Source: Eledone cirrhosa (Eukaryota). Taken from it: a stretch of DNA of 64,000 bases. The first letter of the stretch is position 1; each line of letters begins with the position of its first letter. The DNA lies in NCBI GenBank assembly GCA_964016885.1, contig OZ024744.1, forward strand, positions 73,904,001 through 73,968,000, in the 5' to 3' direction. The notes under the pieces were generated by a model. The model ran no database searches. It had not been told where the DNA came from and was given only the letters and a program-made list of their open reading frames with translations. A program made the translations under genes and the position numbers. Of the stretch, positions 40,677 to 52,182 are shown one piece after another.

Positions 40677-41170
40677 CAGGGGCGGTGGTGAAAGCATTTC
40701 TGATTGGGGCGGGAGGTTGGTCAGTTTAGCTGTAGCGATTAGTTTAGCTATGTATGGAATATATCATGGAAATGCAGTTTAATAGAGAAAGAAAAAAAAA
40801 AAGAAAATTTAGATTTAGAAGAAAGAATGGAATGTAAAATTGGAAAATATTAAAAAAAAGAAAAAAATGAACCGGAAAAGGGAAGAAATGGCAAGGATTC
40901 TAGTGTCACAAAAGAATGGAGAGGGGGTGGATGGATGGGTTCTGGGTCTAGGATGCGTCAGTAAAGGGGCTGCACTCCCGCGGTCAAGACCGCAAAAGCA
41001 TAACCAAGATATACAAAAAAAACTTCGATATGCGATAAACATAACATGTACATAAATTATAGCGCATATACAAATAGATCTGTGTTTTGGTAGTTTGGGG
41101 AGAAAATATATTTATCGGAAGGGCGGGCATGGCTCCCTGCCCCCTCTCTCTTCCAGTTCCATCGCCCCTG
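40677..41170. mobile_element. Non-autonomous hAT-like element (MITE)
   Basis: TIRs CAGGGGCGGTGG / CCATCGCCCCTG (11 of 12 match); CCCTC repeated directly on both flanks. Confidence 0.7.
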
Positions 41171-41639
41171 CCCTCACACACAACCGCACCATCGAAAAAA
41201 GAAAATCCCACGAATATATTTTGTTTTTACTTGCTTTATGTTCTTCTTCTTCAACTTCATATATGTTTCAACGGTGTAATTAATATTTCAGATTAATTGC
41301 ATCGCTGATATTTGGAAAAAGAAAAGAAAAGAAAAGAAAAGAAAAGAAAAGAAAAGAAAAAAACAAACACACATAAAAAACAATAACAAAAAAAATAAAT
41401 GACATAATGCTAGAAGGAAATATTCTAAAAACAAATGACATTCATATGAAATATAATTAATAATGATTAGATGATTCACAAGGGAGAAGTAATATGAATT
41501 TACAGTGATTTAATAGAACTGTGATGTCAGGCATTCGAATTAAAATTCTGTCAGGTCGACTTAACCTGTTCATAATTATAGGGTGTGGAAATTTACTTTA
41601 ATATGAGCTGTTTGTATACAGATATAAAGGGGTGTTTCT

Positions 41640-41855
41640 CTTGTTATTAGTTGTAGTTGATGTTTTATTCTAAGTCAGTCCTGATTTTGTTGACCTACGA
41701 CCAAAAGCGTTCCAGTCATCATGACCAACTCAACGTTTGGTTGAATTGGTCTTTTGGTGACTTGGCTTTTATCACAGAATGCGTGATTGTAGTTTGAGGT
41801 AGACTTGACTGCTATATCTAGCAGATTGAATGACTTCATAGTGGCTCCTTTGTTG
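41640..41855 (+). mobile_element. Old dispersed repeat (SINE-like)
   Basis: The gactgctatatctagcag block is also present inverted at about 1410-1445. Confidence 0.4.
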
Positions 41856-42779
41856 GTTTCATAATAGTAGAAGCTACTTCATTGGCTGGTAGAAAAAAAT
41901 AGGTGAATATATTGAAACTGCGTTGATGCTGCTTACAGATAAGAAGACTTTCACGTCTGAGGAAAAACAAAAAAGAAAAAGAAAGATATCTGCATTCATG
42001 GTTACATTCACGGCTTAATTTCAATTCGAGTATCTGCGTGCATTAGTGATTACTGGTCCATTGCACTTCAACAAATTTGAGTTCTCCCTTAGCAAGGCAA
42101 GCTAAAACCCTAAAATTAACTCATTCTGAATGACTACGTCTTTTTTTTTCTCCATTGCAATTTATACCCTCCCAATAAAATATGTTTAGACGATTTCATT
42201 AGCAGATATAGATTTTTATTTAAAACGTTTAGATGATATAAATTACTATCGCTAAAAGAAATTGTATTTTAAAAAAATAATATATATTGACCTTTTTTCC
42301 ATTTAATGGAATGCTCTTAACCAAAAACCAATTTCATTAAAATCTTATAAAAGAATATTCTCCTGATTAAATAGATATCTATATTTTGTAGTGGAGTTAT
42401 AATTCTCTGAAACATGCTGATAACAATACCCCACGCCAACAACCAGCAATACCAGAGCCAAAACTATAATCGGGGGAGCATTTGTGATGGTCTAAAAATG
42501 CTTGCATCCAACACCGTGCTCAACGCAGAAAACTAGAGATTAGCTGCAGACCATGATAACCTAGCGGGATACCCAGAATTCAGCAGCAGGCCTAAAAAAA
42601 ACCCATGGAAACAAAATACAAGCATTACAAGGCTGAATAGGAGTGAGAAGCAGTGAAATTGTGGTGAAGGAGTATTTCTACTTTGAGCAGACTGTAAATA
42701 TTTACTGAGACATGAGTAAGAGCAGGGTGGAAGGCGTTTATCTTGATTAAAGATGTGATCAAAGCACAATTGGACAATC

Positions 42780-43331
42780 TCTTGCAGGTGCTATATCAGA
42801 GTATTCCTTCTCCTAGAATTCTGCCTTAACAAAGGCTAAGGGGTCATCTCTCCCGGTGATTTTGGATGGCCATTGACTCTTAAGAGCTCCTTTGCCCTTT
42901 CAGAGGTTTTGTTTTTAGTCCTGCAGGATGTCCAAAGTCACCCTCCTCACCAAGAAACTTTGGTGGGGTTGCCAGTTTAGTCGCCAACGACTGATACCTG
43001 ATGGTATCCAATGATGTTGACTTGTTCTTCTTTTTGGTAAATATCATCTTGGTTAAGAGAGTGGGACTGGCTTTGTGCAGTGCCTTTTCACACTATAAAA
43101 GCTTCACGGCACAGGCATTGCTTTATATCTGGAGATCTCTCTGCACTTGTCATCACATGGTACCATGGGCCCAGCACTATGTGTCAATAATTGTCACAGG
43201 TGTAGTGTTTGTACCAGAGTTTTCAAGTCGTTGGCTGGACTAAAAAGTCACACTCGTTCAGCGCATCGGTAGGGGTTCTCCTACATGGATATAAAGTAGT
43301 GGCCGTACTCGAAAACGAGTTGGCAACCACC
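42780..43331. mobile_element. RTE-derived element: inverted 5' UTR piece plus C2H2-bearing 3' end
   Basis: 42780-42990 is the reverse complement of 63760-63950. 42997-43031 matches 63967-64000 on the + strand. CSVCTRVFKSLAGLKSHTRSAH at 43201-43266, then a ctcg-aaaa-cgag hairpin and (ATGT)n. Confidence 0.7.
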
Positions 43332-43390
43332 ATGTATGTATTTATGTACGTATTTATGTATGTATGCATGTCTGCATGTATGAATGTATG

Positions 43391-45292
43391 TTCTTCTGGT
43401 TTTATAATTTCACAAATTTTTCCCAATAAAGAGAGAATCAGTTTCTAACATAGACACAAGTCTCTCTCATTCGAATTTACACATCAACTAGGTAGATTAT
43501 GTATGCATGTCTGTGTAGGTATGGATGTTATTGTGTGTGGATGTGTATGTTTTGAGTTGTATGTGTGCATGTGTATATGCTTTGTATCTGTACATGTGTA
43601 TATGCAGTTATTAGATGCAAAATGTTTGGAATGTTTTACATATTTTTACTGTTCCATTAATGGATTGTACTTGTAATTTCCTAACAAGTTGTGTTCTTTC
43701 TGTTCCTGTGAAGCCTAGCTTCTCAAGATTTATAATAAGGCAGTTACTAAAATACCTCAGTGCCCTAATAATCACAGGCATAAATCTGAAGGTGTAATCA
43801 GGGTGGAGTATCTGCAGATTTCTCATCAGTTCTGCATAGATATTCTCCTTTTCGCTAATCTTTGATATTATATTAGCATCTGCTGGGCAGCTTATTATCA
43901 CCATTGTTCATGCTTTCTTCTCCCTGTCCCATATCATAATATCTGGTCTGTTATGCCTGCATTTTATTGGCTTTTTACTGGAATATTCCACCAGTACTCT
44001 TTCACATTGCTGTAGCTTTTAATGTGTTTATTACCGAGGCTATCTTTTTTACCGGTTGCATTGTTTTGGCCACTACATCATGCCTCATAGGTAGATAGTA
44101 CCACGATGACATCATTGGACAGCTGCTGATGACATGGGTGACATCTTTGATGTTAGTTCTGCAGAGTCTGCACTTGTTATCACATCTTGGTGTTTTGCCT
44201 GCATCCCTATCACTTTTGGATTGCAAAAGCGTATCCTTCAAAGCCAATATAGCGGTTGTTGGTCCAAGATAGAATACTTACCTTATCTATATTGCTCTCA
44301 CTCTGGAGCTTCCTGGCAACATATCAATGCATGATTTTATGCCGATAAGCATGCAGTTTTTCATCCATGGATTCACTGCTATATTGCTGAGCGACTTCCC
44401 TGGGTGTGAGTTTTTGATTATCACACAGGGAATATCTCTTGAGGAGTTCCTTCCCAACTCTCATGCAGATAGACTTGCTCGAAAGACGCTTCGAGGTTCG
44501 TAGATGTCGGAGGGATATGATGCGACATTCAAATGCTGTCTGGACTGATGTTAGGCCTCTGCCTCCCTGCTTAGGTTTCAAGTAAAGGCGGTCTATGTCA
44601 CAGTTGATATGGAAGTTTCCGGTATTGTTCAGTATTTTTCGAGTTCCAACATCAACTCCTCGGATTTCGTCTATCGTCCAATTGAATATTCCAAACGTTG
44701 GTGTTAGGACAGGCACAGCAAATACATTGTGAATCACTGTTTTCTTTTGCCCAGGAGTTCCGATGAACATATCATTCTTAATCGGGTGTAGTATTCCCTG
44801 GTTACGCGTTCCTTATTACAGATACCATTATAGGATATGTTCTCATCTATCCCCAGGTATCTGTAGCAGTCCTCATCAGATATTGGTGAAACAGTTAGGT
44901 CATTGGTGACAATGTTGCTAGATTGGGTTGTTGTTTTTCCCCGCTTTACAGTCATATATGAACATTTATCTTGGCCAAACTCCATTCCCATATCCTTTGA
45001 GAACGTTGTAACCAGGTCAAGATTTTTCTTCATCCTATCCATATTCTTGGCATAGAATTTCAGATCGTCCACAAAGAAATTATGGGTTAGGTTCGTATTT
45101 CTGTCCTCCAGTAAGCCAATGATGTATCCCTCACATTTCTTGAGCAGAAAGGACAAGGGGTTTAATGACAAGATGAATAATATCACAGAGAGACTCTCCC
45201 TGAAATATACCCCTGGATATTTTATTTTATCAGTGAAAATAGAGTCCTATTTCTCTGTCTTTAACTTTAGAATAGTAGTCCAAGAAGAAGAT
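43391..45292 (-). mobile_element. R4/Dong LINE subfamily a, 5'-truncated
   Basis: HNFFVDDLKFY (RT), CRLC..THVISSC and RLE motifs. Closely similar to 52183-55410. A further 3' fragment is at 45337-45631. Confidence 0.9.
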
Positions 45293-46594
45293 CGCTTCTC
45301 TATGTATGTATCTATGTATGTATGTATGTATGTATGTTCTTCTGGTTTATAATTTCACAAATTGTTTCCAATAGAGAGAAAGTGCGGTTTCTAACATAGA
45401 CACAATACTCTCTCATTGGAATTTACACAACATCAGCTAGGTAGATTATGTATGCATGTCTGCATGCATGTGTGTGCAGGTATCGATGTTAGTATATGTG
45501 TGGATGTGGATGTTTTGAGTTGTATGTGTGCATGTGTATACGCTTTGTATCTGTACATGTGTATATGCAGTTATTAGGTGCAGAATTTTTGCAATGTTTT
45601 ACATATTTTTCACTGTTCCATTAATGGATTGTGCATGTATGTATGTGTGTGTGAGTGTTCGTGTGTGTGTGTGTATGTATGAGTGTGTGTGTATGTATGT
45701 ATGTGTGTGTATCTATGTATGTATGTAATGCATGTATGTATGCATATATGTATACCTTTATGTATTATAATGACTTAACACTCACGCGCTTTTTCTTCCC
45801 TCCAAATCTTTTTTTTTTGTTTCTTTCTCTTCTCTCACTTCTCTATCGTTCTATTTCTCATTTTATGTTCCTATGAAAGACTAACGCCCGAAACGTTCAG
45901 ACTCTCTCCCTACAATATCAAGCGTTATACTAATATATACATTGCATTGTTCTGTATCGTTGGATGTATCATTTTTTCGTTGACCTTTTACATACACACA
46001 ATGATATATATATGCAATAGTGTGTGTATCAGTAGAAATAATCCTATGCACGAGTGTGTAATCTTGAATGTGTGAGTGTGTGAGTTTGTGTATGTGTATA
46101 AGTATATGTGTACGCAGTCATTTGTGTGTGTGTATGTATAAGTATATGTGGTCGTTTGTGTGTGTATGTGTATATGTGTAAGTAGTCATTTGTGCTGAAG
46201 GCAAGCATTATTAAAAATTATTTATTGCACAGGAAGTAAGCCATTCACTTCTAACAGCAAAAACGAATGGATAGATTAGACAGAGATAAGGAGAGTGAGA
46301 GAGATGGTGAGGTGGGGGTGGGGGTGGAGGCAAATTTACAGAGAGAGAGGGGGGGGGGCAAATATATATATTATATGGAGAGAGGGAGGGACAAATATAT
46401 ATATATAGAGAGAGGGACAAATATATATATAGAGAGTGAGGGACAAATATATATATATATGCAGAAGTTATATTTAATTTGTTGGGATTCCAACAAGCTT
46501 AAAAGTTTATAGCTGATATAAAGCACTCAACAAATTACTGGAGTAAATATTCAATATATTAATAAATGGAAACTATATTTATAAAACCATAATT

Positions 46595-46657
46595 ATTTTA
46601 TTATATATATTTCAAGGGGTACCAAGGCAGCGTTTGTGCGCTTTCATCAGATAAAAT
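46595..46657 (-). ncRNA. Minimal hammerhead motif
   Basis: Minus strand: attttat-CTGATGA-aag...ctt-GAAA-tatata-TA-ataaaat. Confidence 0.75.
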
Positions 46658-46797
46658 ATAAGATTTGTTTTATAAATATTGACATACCCGTGGAAAAACA
46701 ACCTTGACGGTTGAAAGTTCGCTGGATAGTCAGTGAACTGTCAACCGTCAAGGTTGCTTTTCCACGGTTATGTCAATATTTATAAAACAAATCTTGT

Positions 46798-46860
46798 ATT
46801 TTATCTGATGAAAGCGCACCAAGACTGCCTTGGTAGCCCTTGAAATATATATAATAAAAT
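46798..46860 (+). ncRNA. Minimal hammerhead motif
   Basis: attttat-CTGATGA-aag..accaag/cttggt..ctt-GAAA-tatata-TA-ataaaat. 7-bp stem I. Confidence 0.8.
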
Positions 46861-46924
46861 AATTATGGTTTTATAAATATAATTTCCATTTATTAATATA
46901 TTGTGTATATATATATATATATAT

Positions 46925-48930
46925 AATCGAAAAAATTGATGAAAGAGAAACAAGCCGTTAAATCACTTTTATAAAAAGCTCTTACATATGTTTCGCCCAA
47001 TGGGGCTCATCTGAGGCAATTACAGAGGCAAATAATTTAATAATGTACTCTGTACGAGTATAATCATAATTTAACATCAGAATGCATTACTCAGTGTAGC
47101 AAAATGGTGACGTCTTTGTGCACTAAGGGAGGTAATTAACGGTGCAAAGTATAGTTAACTATCAGATTAATGACCACTAGTAAAAAAATATTTATTTATT
47201 GCTACAAGGGGTTAGCTTAATTATGGTTTGTCAAATCGATTTAATGAGGCAATGACAAGGTATGAGTATGAGTTTCAATTATGAGTAACGTCATTAAAGA
47301 CTATACACTAGTTTTAGTTAGTATAACGCTAAAAGTTCAGTGTATGCTTAAAAGCCTAGAGAGGTAAAGACACTTAAGATGGAATCGGTATAATTATATG
47401 ATCATATGTCTGCAGTGTTTAATGGGTATAAGTAGCAGTTCTGTAAAATTACCCAAAGATTAGTCTAGCAGTGTGGAACAATACAGCGGAGTAAGCTCAT
47501 CTGAATACATGTAGTGCAGCTCCCTGGAGGGAGAACATAGGGTGGATGATGGTGTTGTTCAAAGATGTTTAATATTAAGTACACCGTATTAGGTCGAGCT
47601 GTATAAGGCAGAGTTGGCAGCTTTTTTTTAAATTGTAGGGTGTTGCCTGATTCACAATTTCCCAATAAGTGGTGAAGCTAATGTTAGAGTCATCTAATAG
47701 GGTGATATAGTTAGCGAGGGACGTAGAGTGTCTAAGCTTCCTATTCCTAAAAGAGTGGGGGTGTGCTCGAAATCTGATCTTGAACGACCCAGAGGTAGAT
47801 CCTATGTAATACTTAACACTATTTTGGCTAGTAAGAGTACATCTATAGATGACACTTTTAGTTAGGCAGTAGCCTCGGAGTGGACAGTTTGTAGGGTCAC
47901 GACAATTGCAATGTTTACTACTGTCACCTCTAAGGTGGTAGGTGTTGGTATCAAACGTAATATTGTTATTATTATTATCGACACCCCTGCTGCTATTATT
48001 GTAGTTGGCATTACAATAGCTATGAACACGCGGGATGGTGCCATGCCTACGTCTCATGCTACGGCATCTTCTACAGCCGTTGTTAAAACTGTTAAGGTCA
48101 CTAACCCTGTCATCAGTCACACTACTGGTGCGGCAATTATTTTCTAATGCGGTGCTACTTTGTAAACCGCTGCTAATACTAGGATGCCGGTCCTGGTTAC
48201 CACCGACGTTATCATGTGGGGCGAAAGAATTGCTAAGGTTACCTGAGTTGTCATGTTCTCTAAAATTGCCATCACTAGGATGCTGTATACTAGTGAGTTT
48301 GTTGTAGTTACTTATTACTACGAGGTCAGCTAGATTAGGTGTAGTGGAATAGGAGATTTTTATATTATTCTTATTGAGGATTTTTCTGTATCTATGGTTA
48401 GGTGGGAAGTTTTTCTCTAAGGCTTCGAAGAAGATTCTAGGTAATTTGGAGGACGCACTCCGAGAGTAGGGGCGATGGAACCACAGGACATTACGGTGGT
48501 GGTTACGCGTAGTTCTAGTGTTACTACGGGTGTTGTTACCGAGGTGGGTGTTCCTATCATGTCCATTGGGTTGCTGTATAATACGTCCTTTGTTGGCATT
48601 ATGTCTGAGTGCACAGATTGTCCCCCGTGTGGCAGTTCCGAGTTGTCCTAGGCGGTTTAGAAGGTGTAGGTAATAAACCATTAGATTTATTAAGCCTGTA
48701 AGCAGGGAATAATTCAAATAGGCAGTAGTTGCTACTATTAGCCAGACTATGACAGTGTGGGTGTGGTAATACACCCGTCCTGCTGCCTTTGTAGTTGTTA
48801 TGTGGGCAGTAGCTATTAGTACTATTCTCACTTCCACAATTATTTTTTACGTTGGTTTGGGCGCCGTGCTGTTGGTTATAGGTATGGCTCGCTATAACAT
48901 TAGTCTTCTAAACCGAACGTGAAGAGAGTA
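46925..48930 (-). mobile_element. Penelope-like element (Hydra-type), 5'-truncated: linker, GIY-YIG, 3' UTR and pLTR
   Basis: [69 protein letters not shown] and CQLCL. Variant HHR at 46978-47017. Confidence 0.85.
46978..47017 (-). ncRNA. Hammerhead-like motif with CAGATGA core
   Basis: gcct-CAGATGA-gccc catt gggc-GAAA-catatg-TA-agagc. Confidence 0.6.
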
Positions 48931-49084
48931 GTAGTAGCAGTATTATTATTATTATTATTATTATTACCCCGTAAGGATGAAAGGCAAAGTTAACCTCGGC
49001 GGGATTTGAACTCAGAATGATAAGGGCCGTAACTCTATGCGTCAAAGCAGATTGTCCGACACTCTACCGATACTGCCAAAATGT

Positions 49085-49460
49085 GAGAAAGAGAGAGAGG
49101 GAACAACTGATAGGCTTTGTGAGACTGGCAGACATTGGAAAAGATTTAGTACATGAGAGAACTGATTATGTGAAACTTAATGAGGCAAAGTAAAGAAGAG
49201 AGAAGGAGGGAAAATGGTAAAAGAAGGAGAGAGTGTGAGAGAGAGAGAGAACGAGAGAGAGAGCGAGAGCGAGAGGGTGAGTGAGGGAGAGAGTGAGTTA
49301 GAGAGATAGAGAGAGAAGTGATGGGAGAGAGAGAGAGTACTAGAGAAGTGATGGGAGAGAGATAGAGAGAGAAGTGATGGGAGAGAGAGTACTAGAGAAG
49401 TGATGGAAGAGAGAGAGAGAACTAGAGAAATGATGGGAGGGAGAGAGAAAAGTGATGGAA
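49085..49460. repeat. GA-rich region with (gagaagtgatgg) minisatellite
   Basis: About 6 copies of agaagtgatgg in 49312-49460. Confidence 0.75.
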
Positions 49461-49801
49461 GTGAAGTAGAGAAGAAGGGAGGGTGACACTCAATGTGTGT
49501 CTATGTTTGAGGTGGGAGAAAAAGATAAAGAAATATAAGACAGTAAAGGGGGAGAATGAGTGAGAGAATAAGGGTGACATGAGATAAAAAAATTCACGTA
49601 TCGGTGACTTAATTAAAATATGTGAAGCTGACTGAGGGATTATATCATGACAACAATTCTTCATGTAACTGGTCATACATATGCCACAATGCAAAGGATT
49701 ACCCTACAAACATATATACAAACAAACACACACACGCACACATACATAAATGCACACGTATATGCCCCCCCCCCATATATATTTTATCGATTTTTATCGA
49801 T

Positions 49802-49995
49802 AATTGTTTATACTTTTGACACAAGGCCAGCAATTATTATCCCAGTGCATTGCAGGTACTTTGATTTATCGACCCCGTAATGATAAAAGGCAAAGTTAAC
49901 CTCAGCGGGATTTGAACTCAGACCGTAAAGGGCCATAACTCAATGCTACAAAGGAGGGCGTCCGACACTCTACCAATACTGCCAATCCACCGCCT
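49802..49995 (-). mobile_element. SINE S1 copy
   Basis: Near full length. Further partial copies at 48965-49078 (-), 51868-51945 (+) and 51951-52045 (-). Confidence 0.8.
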
Positions 49996-50034
49996 TTTTT
50001 TTTATCGAAAATGCAATCCTGCATTTCTTAGATA

Positions 50035-51097
50035 TATAATTTTCTTTTTATTTGTCACCAAGGCATCAAAAAGTGGGACAAGTACAATGGGGGGAGTTTA
50101 CATAACAAGGCGTGCTCAATAAGGAGGAGGCAATAACAAAATATAAAAATAAAATAAAATATAACAAGATAAAATTTATAACAAAATCCTCAATAGAGAG
50201 GAGGCGCCTTGGGGGTCGCACACACCCCCGAAAAAATTGTGCAACCCTTCTCCTCGGGAGCACAGAGAGGGCGTGCTCCCTTGGTCTTTTATCTTCCTCA
50301 CCTATAGTCTGATGTAGAGTGAAGGCCCATTCACACGGGCCATTCTCGCCACTTTCACCCATATTTCATACAAACGGCTGGGGTGCAGCACCTCTCTCTC
50401 CATCCTGATCCTTCTTCCGAAATGATATCGGAAGAAACGGACCAGTTGTTGGCAAGAGAGAAAGGTGTCTGACCTCAGTCCTTTCAGACGCGTCCACCAT
50501 ACAACCTCTTTCGCCATAGCTATTACGCACAGAAACACCGCCTCTCCTTCGATTTTGAAGAGGGGAGGCGGCTTGATCGTTACAATAGACTCGGTGGTCA
50601 ACCGGATCGGTCCCACCCTTGACAGCAGTTGTTCGACATAGCCCCACATATCGGCAATGCCCGAGCAGTGTACCAATGCGTGTGCAACGGTTACCTCGTC
50701 GCACACGCATCTGGGACAGATCTTTTTCGAGGGGTCCCTACCCGGGCGCTCGTGTCTGTAGAGCCTTTCTCGAACGGCCAGAGCCCTTCTGTAGCACTGC
50801 CAGGCCAGGGACCTCTGGAAGTTATCCATGGGTCCCGGGCTGAATGTCCTACCGAACAGGTTGGCCATTTCGTCTTCCTCCATGCCTCGGGCTTCTCCGA
50901 GGGCGTCGTCGCACCTGCTAACCACCAGCCCTCTATAGAATGACGAGGTGGATTCTCCACTGACAGCCGGGTCCGCCTGCCAGAGAGCCGTGAGCGCCGG
51001 GCACACTCGGTGTGCCAGGCGCCCAGTTTTCTCGGTCTTTGCTTGACCCAGGATTGCAGCTCGGTGAGTGAGACGAGTCTTGGAAAGGCTCGCCTCA
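50035..51097 (-). mobile_element. Tx1-clade LINE 3' end with 13-bp TSD
   Basis: Zinc-knuckle CPRCVCDEVTVAHALVHC, AATAAA near the 3' end, and TSD CATTTCTTAGATA at 50022-50034 and 51098-51110. Confidence 0.85.
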
Positions 51098-51305
51098 CAT
51101 TTCTTAGATAGATAGATAGATAGATAGATGGGTGGATCAATGGATAAAAATATCTATATCTATGTATCTGTATGCATGTGCATATGTATGCATGTATGTA
51201 TATGTCTATGTGTGTCTGTGGATATATATATATATATGTGTGTGTCTTCCAAAACGACCATTTTTAATATATGTGTGTACGTGTGTATGTGTATATGTAT
51301 GCGTT

Positions 51306-51455
<150 letters not shown>

Positions 51456-51502
51456 TCTATATATATATAGAGAGAGAAAGACGCATACATATACAATTTT
51501 GT

Positions 51503-51561
51503 ATTTTATCTGATGAAGGCGTACCAAAGTGTTGGTACCCTTGAAATATATATAATAGAAT
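51503..51561 (+). ncRNA. Minimal hammerhead motif (family D)
   Basis: attttat-CTGATGA-agg c gtaccaa agtg ttggtac cctt-GAAA-tatata-TA-atagaat. Confidence 0.8.
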
Positions 51562-51570
51562 AAATATATA

Positions 51571-51633
<63 letters not shown>

Positions 51634-52182
51634 AACGCATACATTTACGCATACACATGTACACACATATATTAAAAATGGTCGTTTTGGAAGACACACA
51701 CATATATATATATATATATATCCACAGACACACATAGACATATACATACATGCATACAAATGCACATGCATATAGATACATAGATATATATATTTTTATC
51801 CATCGATCCACTCATCTATCTATCTATCTAAGAAATGCAGGATTGCATTTTCGATAAAAAAAAAAAAGGCGGTGGATTGGCAGTATTGGTAGAGTGTCGG
51901 ACGCCATCCTTTGTAGCATTGAGTTATGGCCCTTTACGGTCTGAGCATATTTAACCTCGGCGTGATTTGAACTCAGACCGTAAAGGGCCATAACTCAATG
52001 CTACATAATATGGTGTCTGACCCTCTACCAATACTGTCAATACACCCCCCTCCCCTTTTATCGATAATGTAATCCTGCATTTCTTGTAGAAGGAGAAAAG
52101 ACAGAAATGGTCACAGTTGTAATGCTTTTGTTGATAGGTCTGCTTCTATCTCTGTATGTATGTATGTATGTATGTATGTATG

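Larger units (their letters stand above)
46461..46908. repeat. Family D fold-back element with about 350-bp palindrome
   Basis: Arms 46552-46720 and 46735-46903; flanked by (TA)n. Confidence 0.85.
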
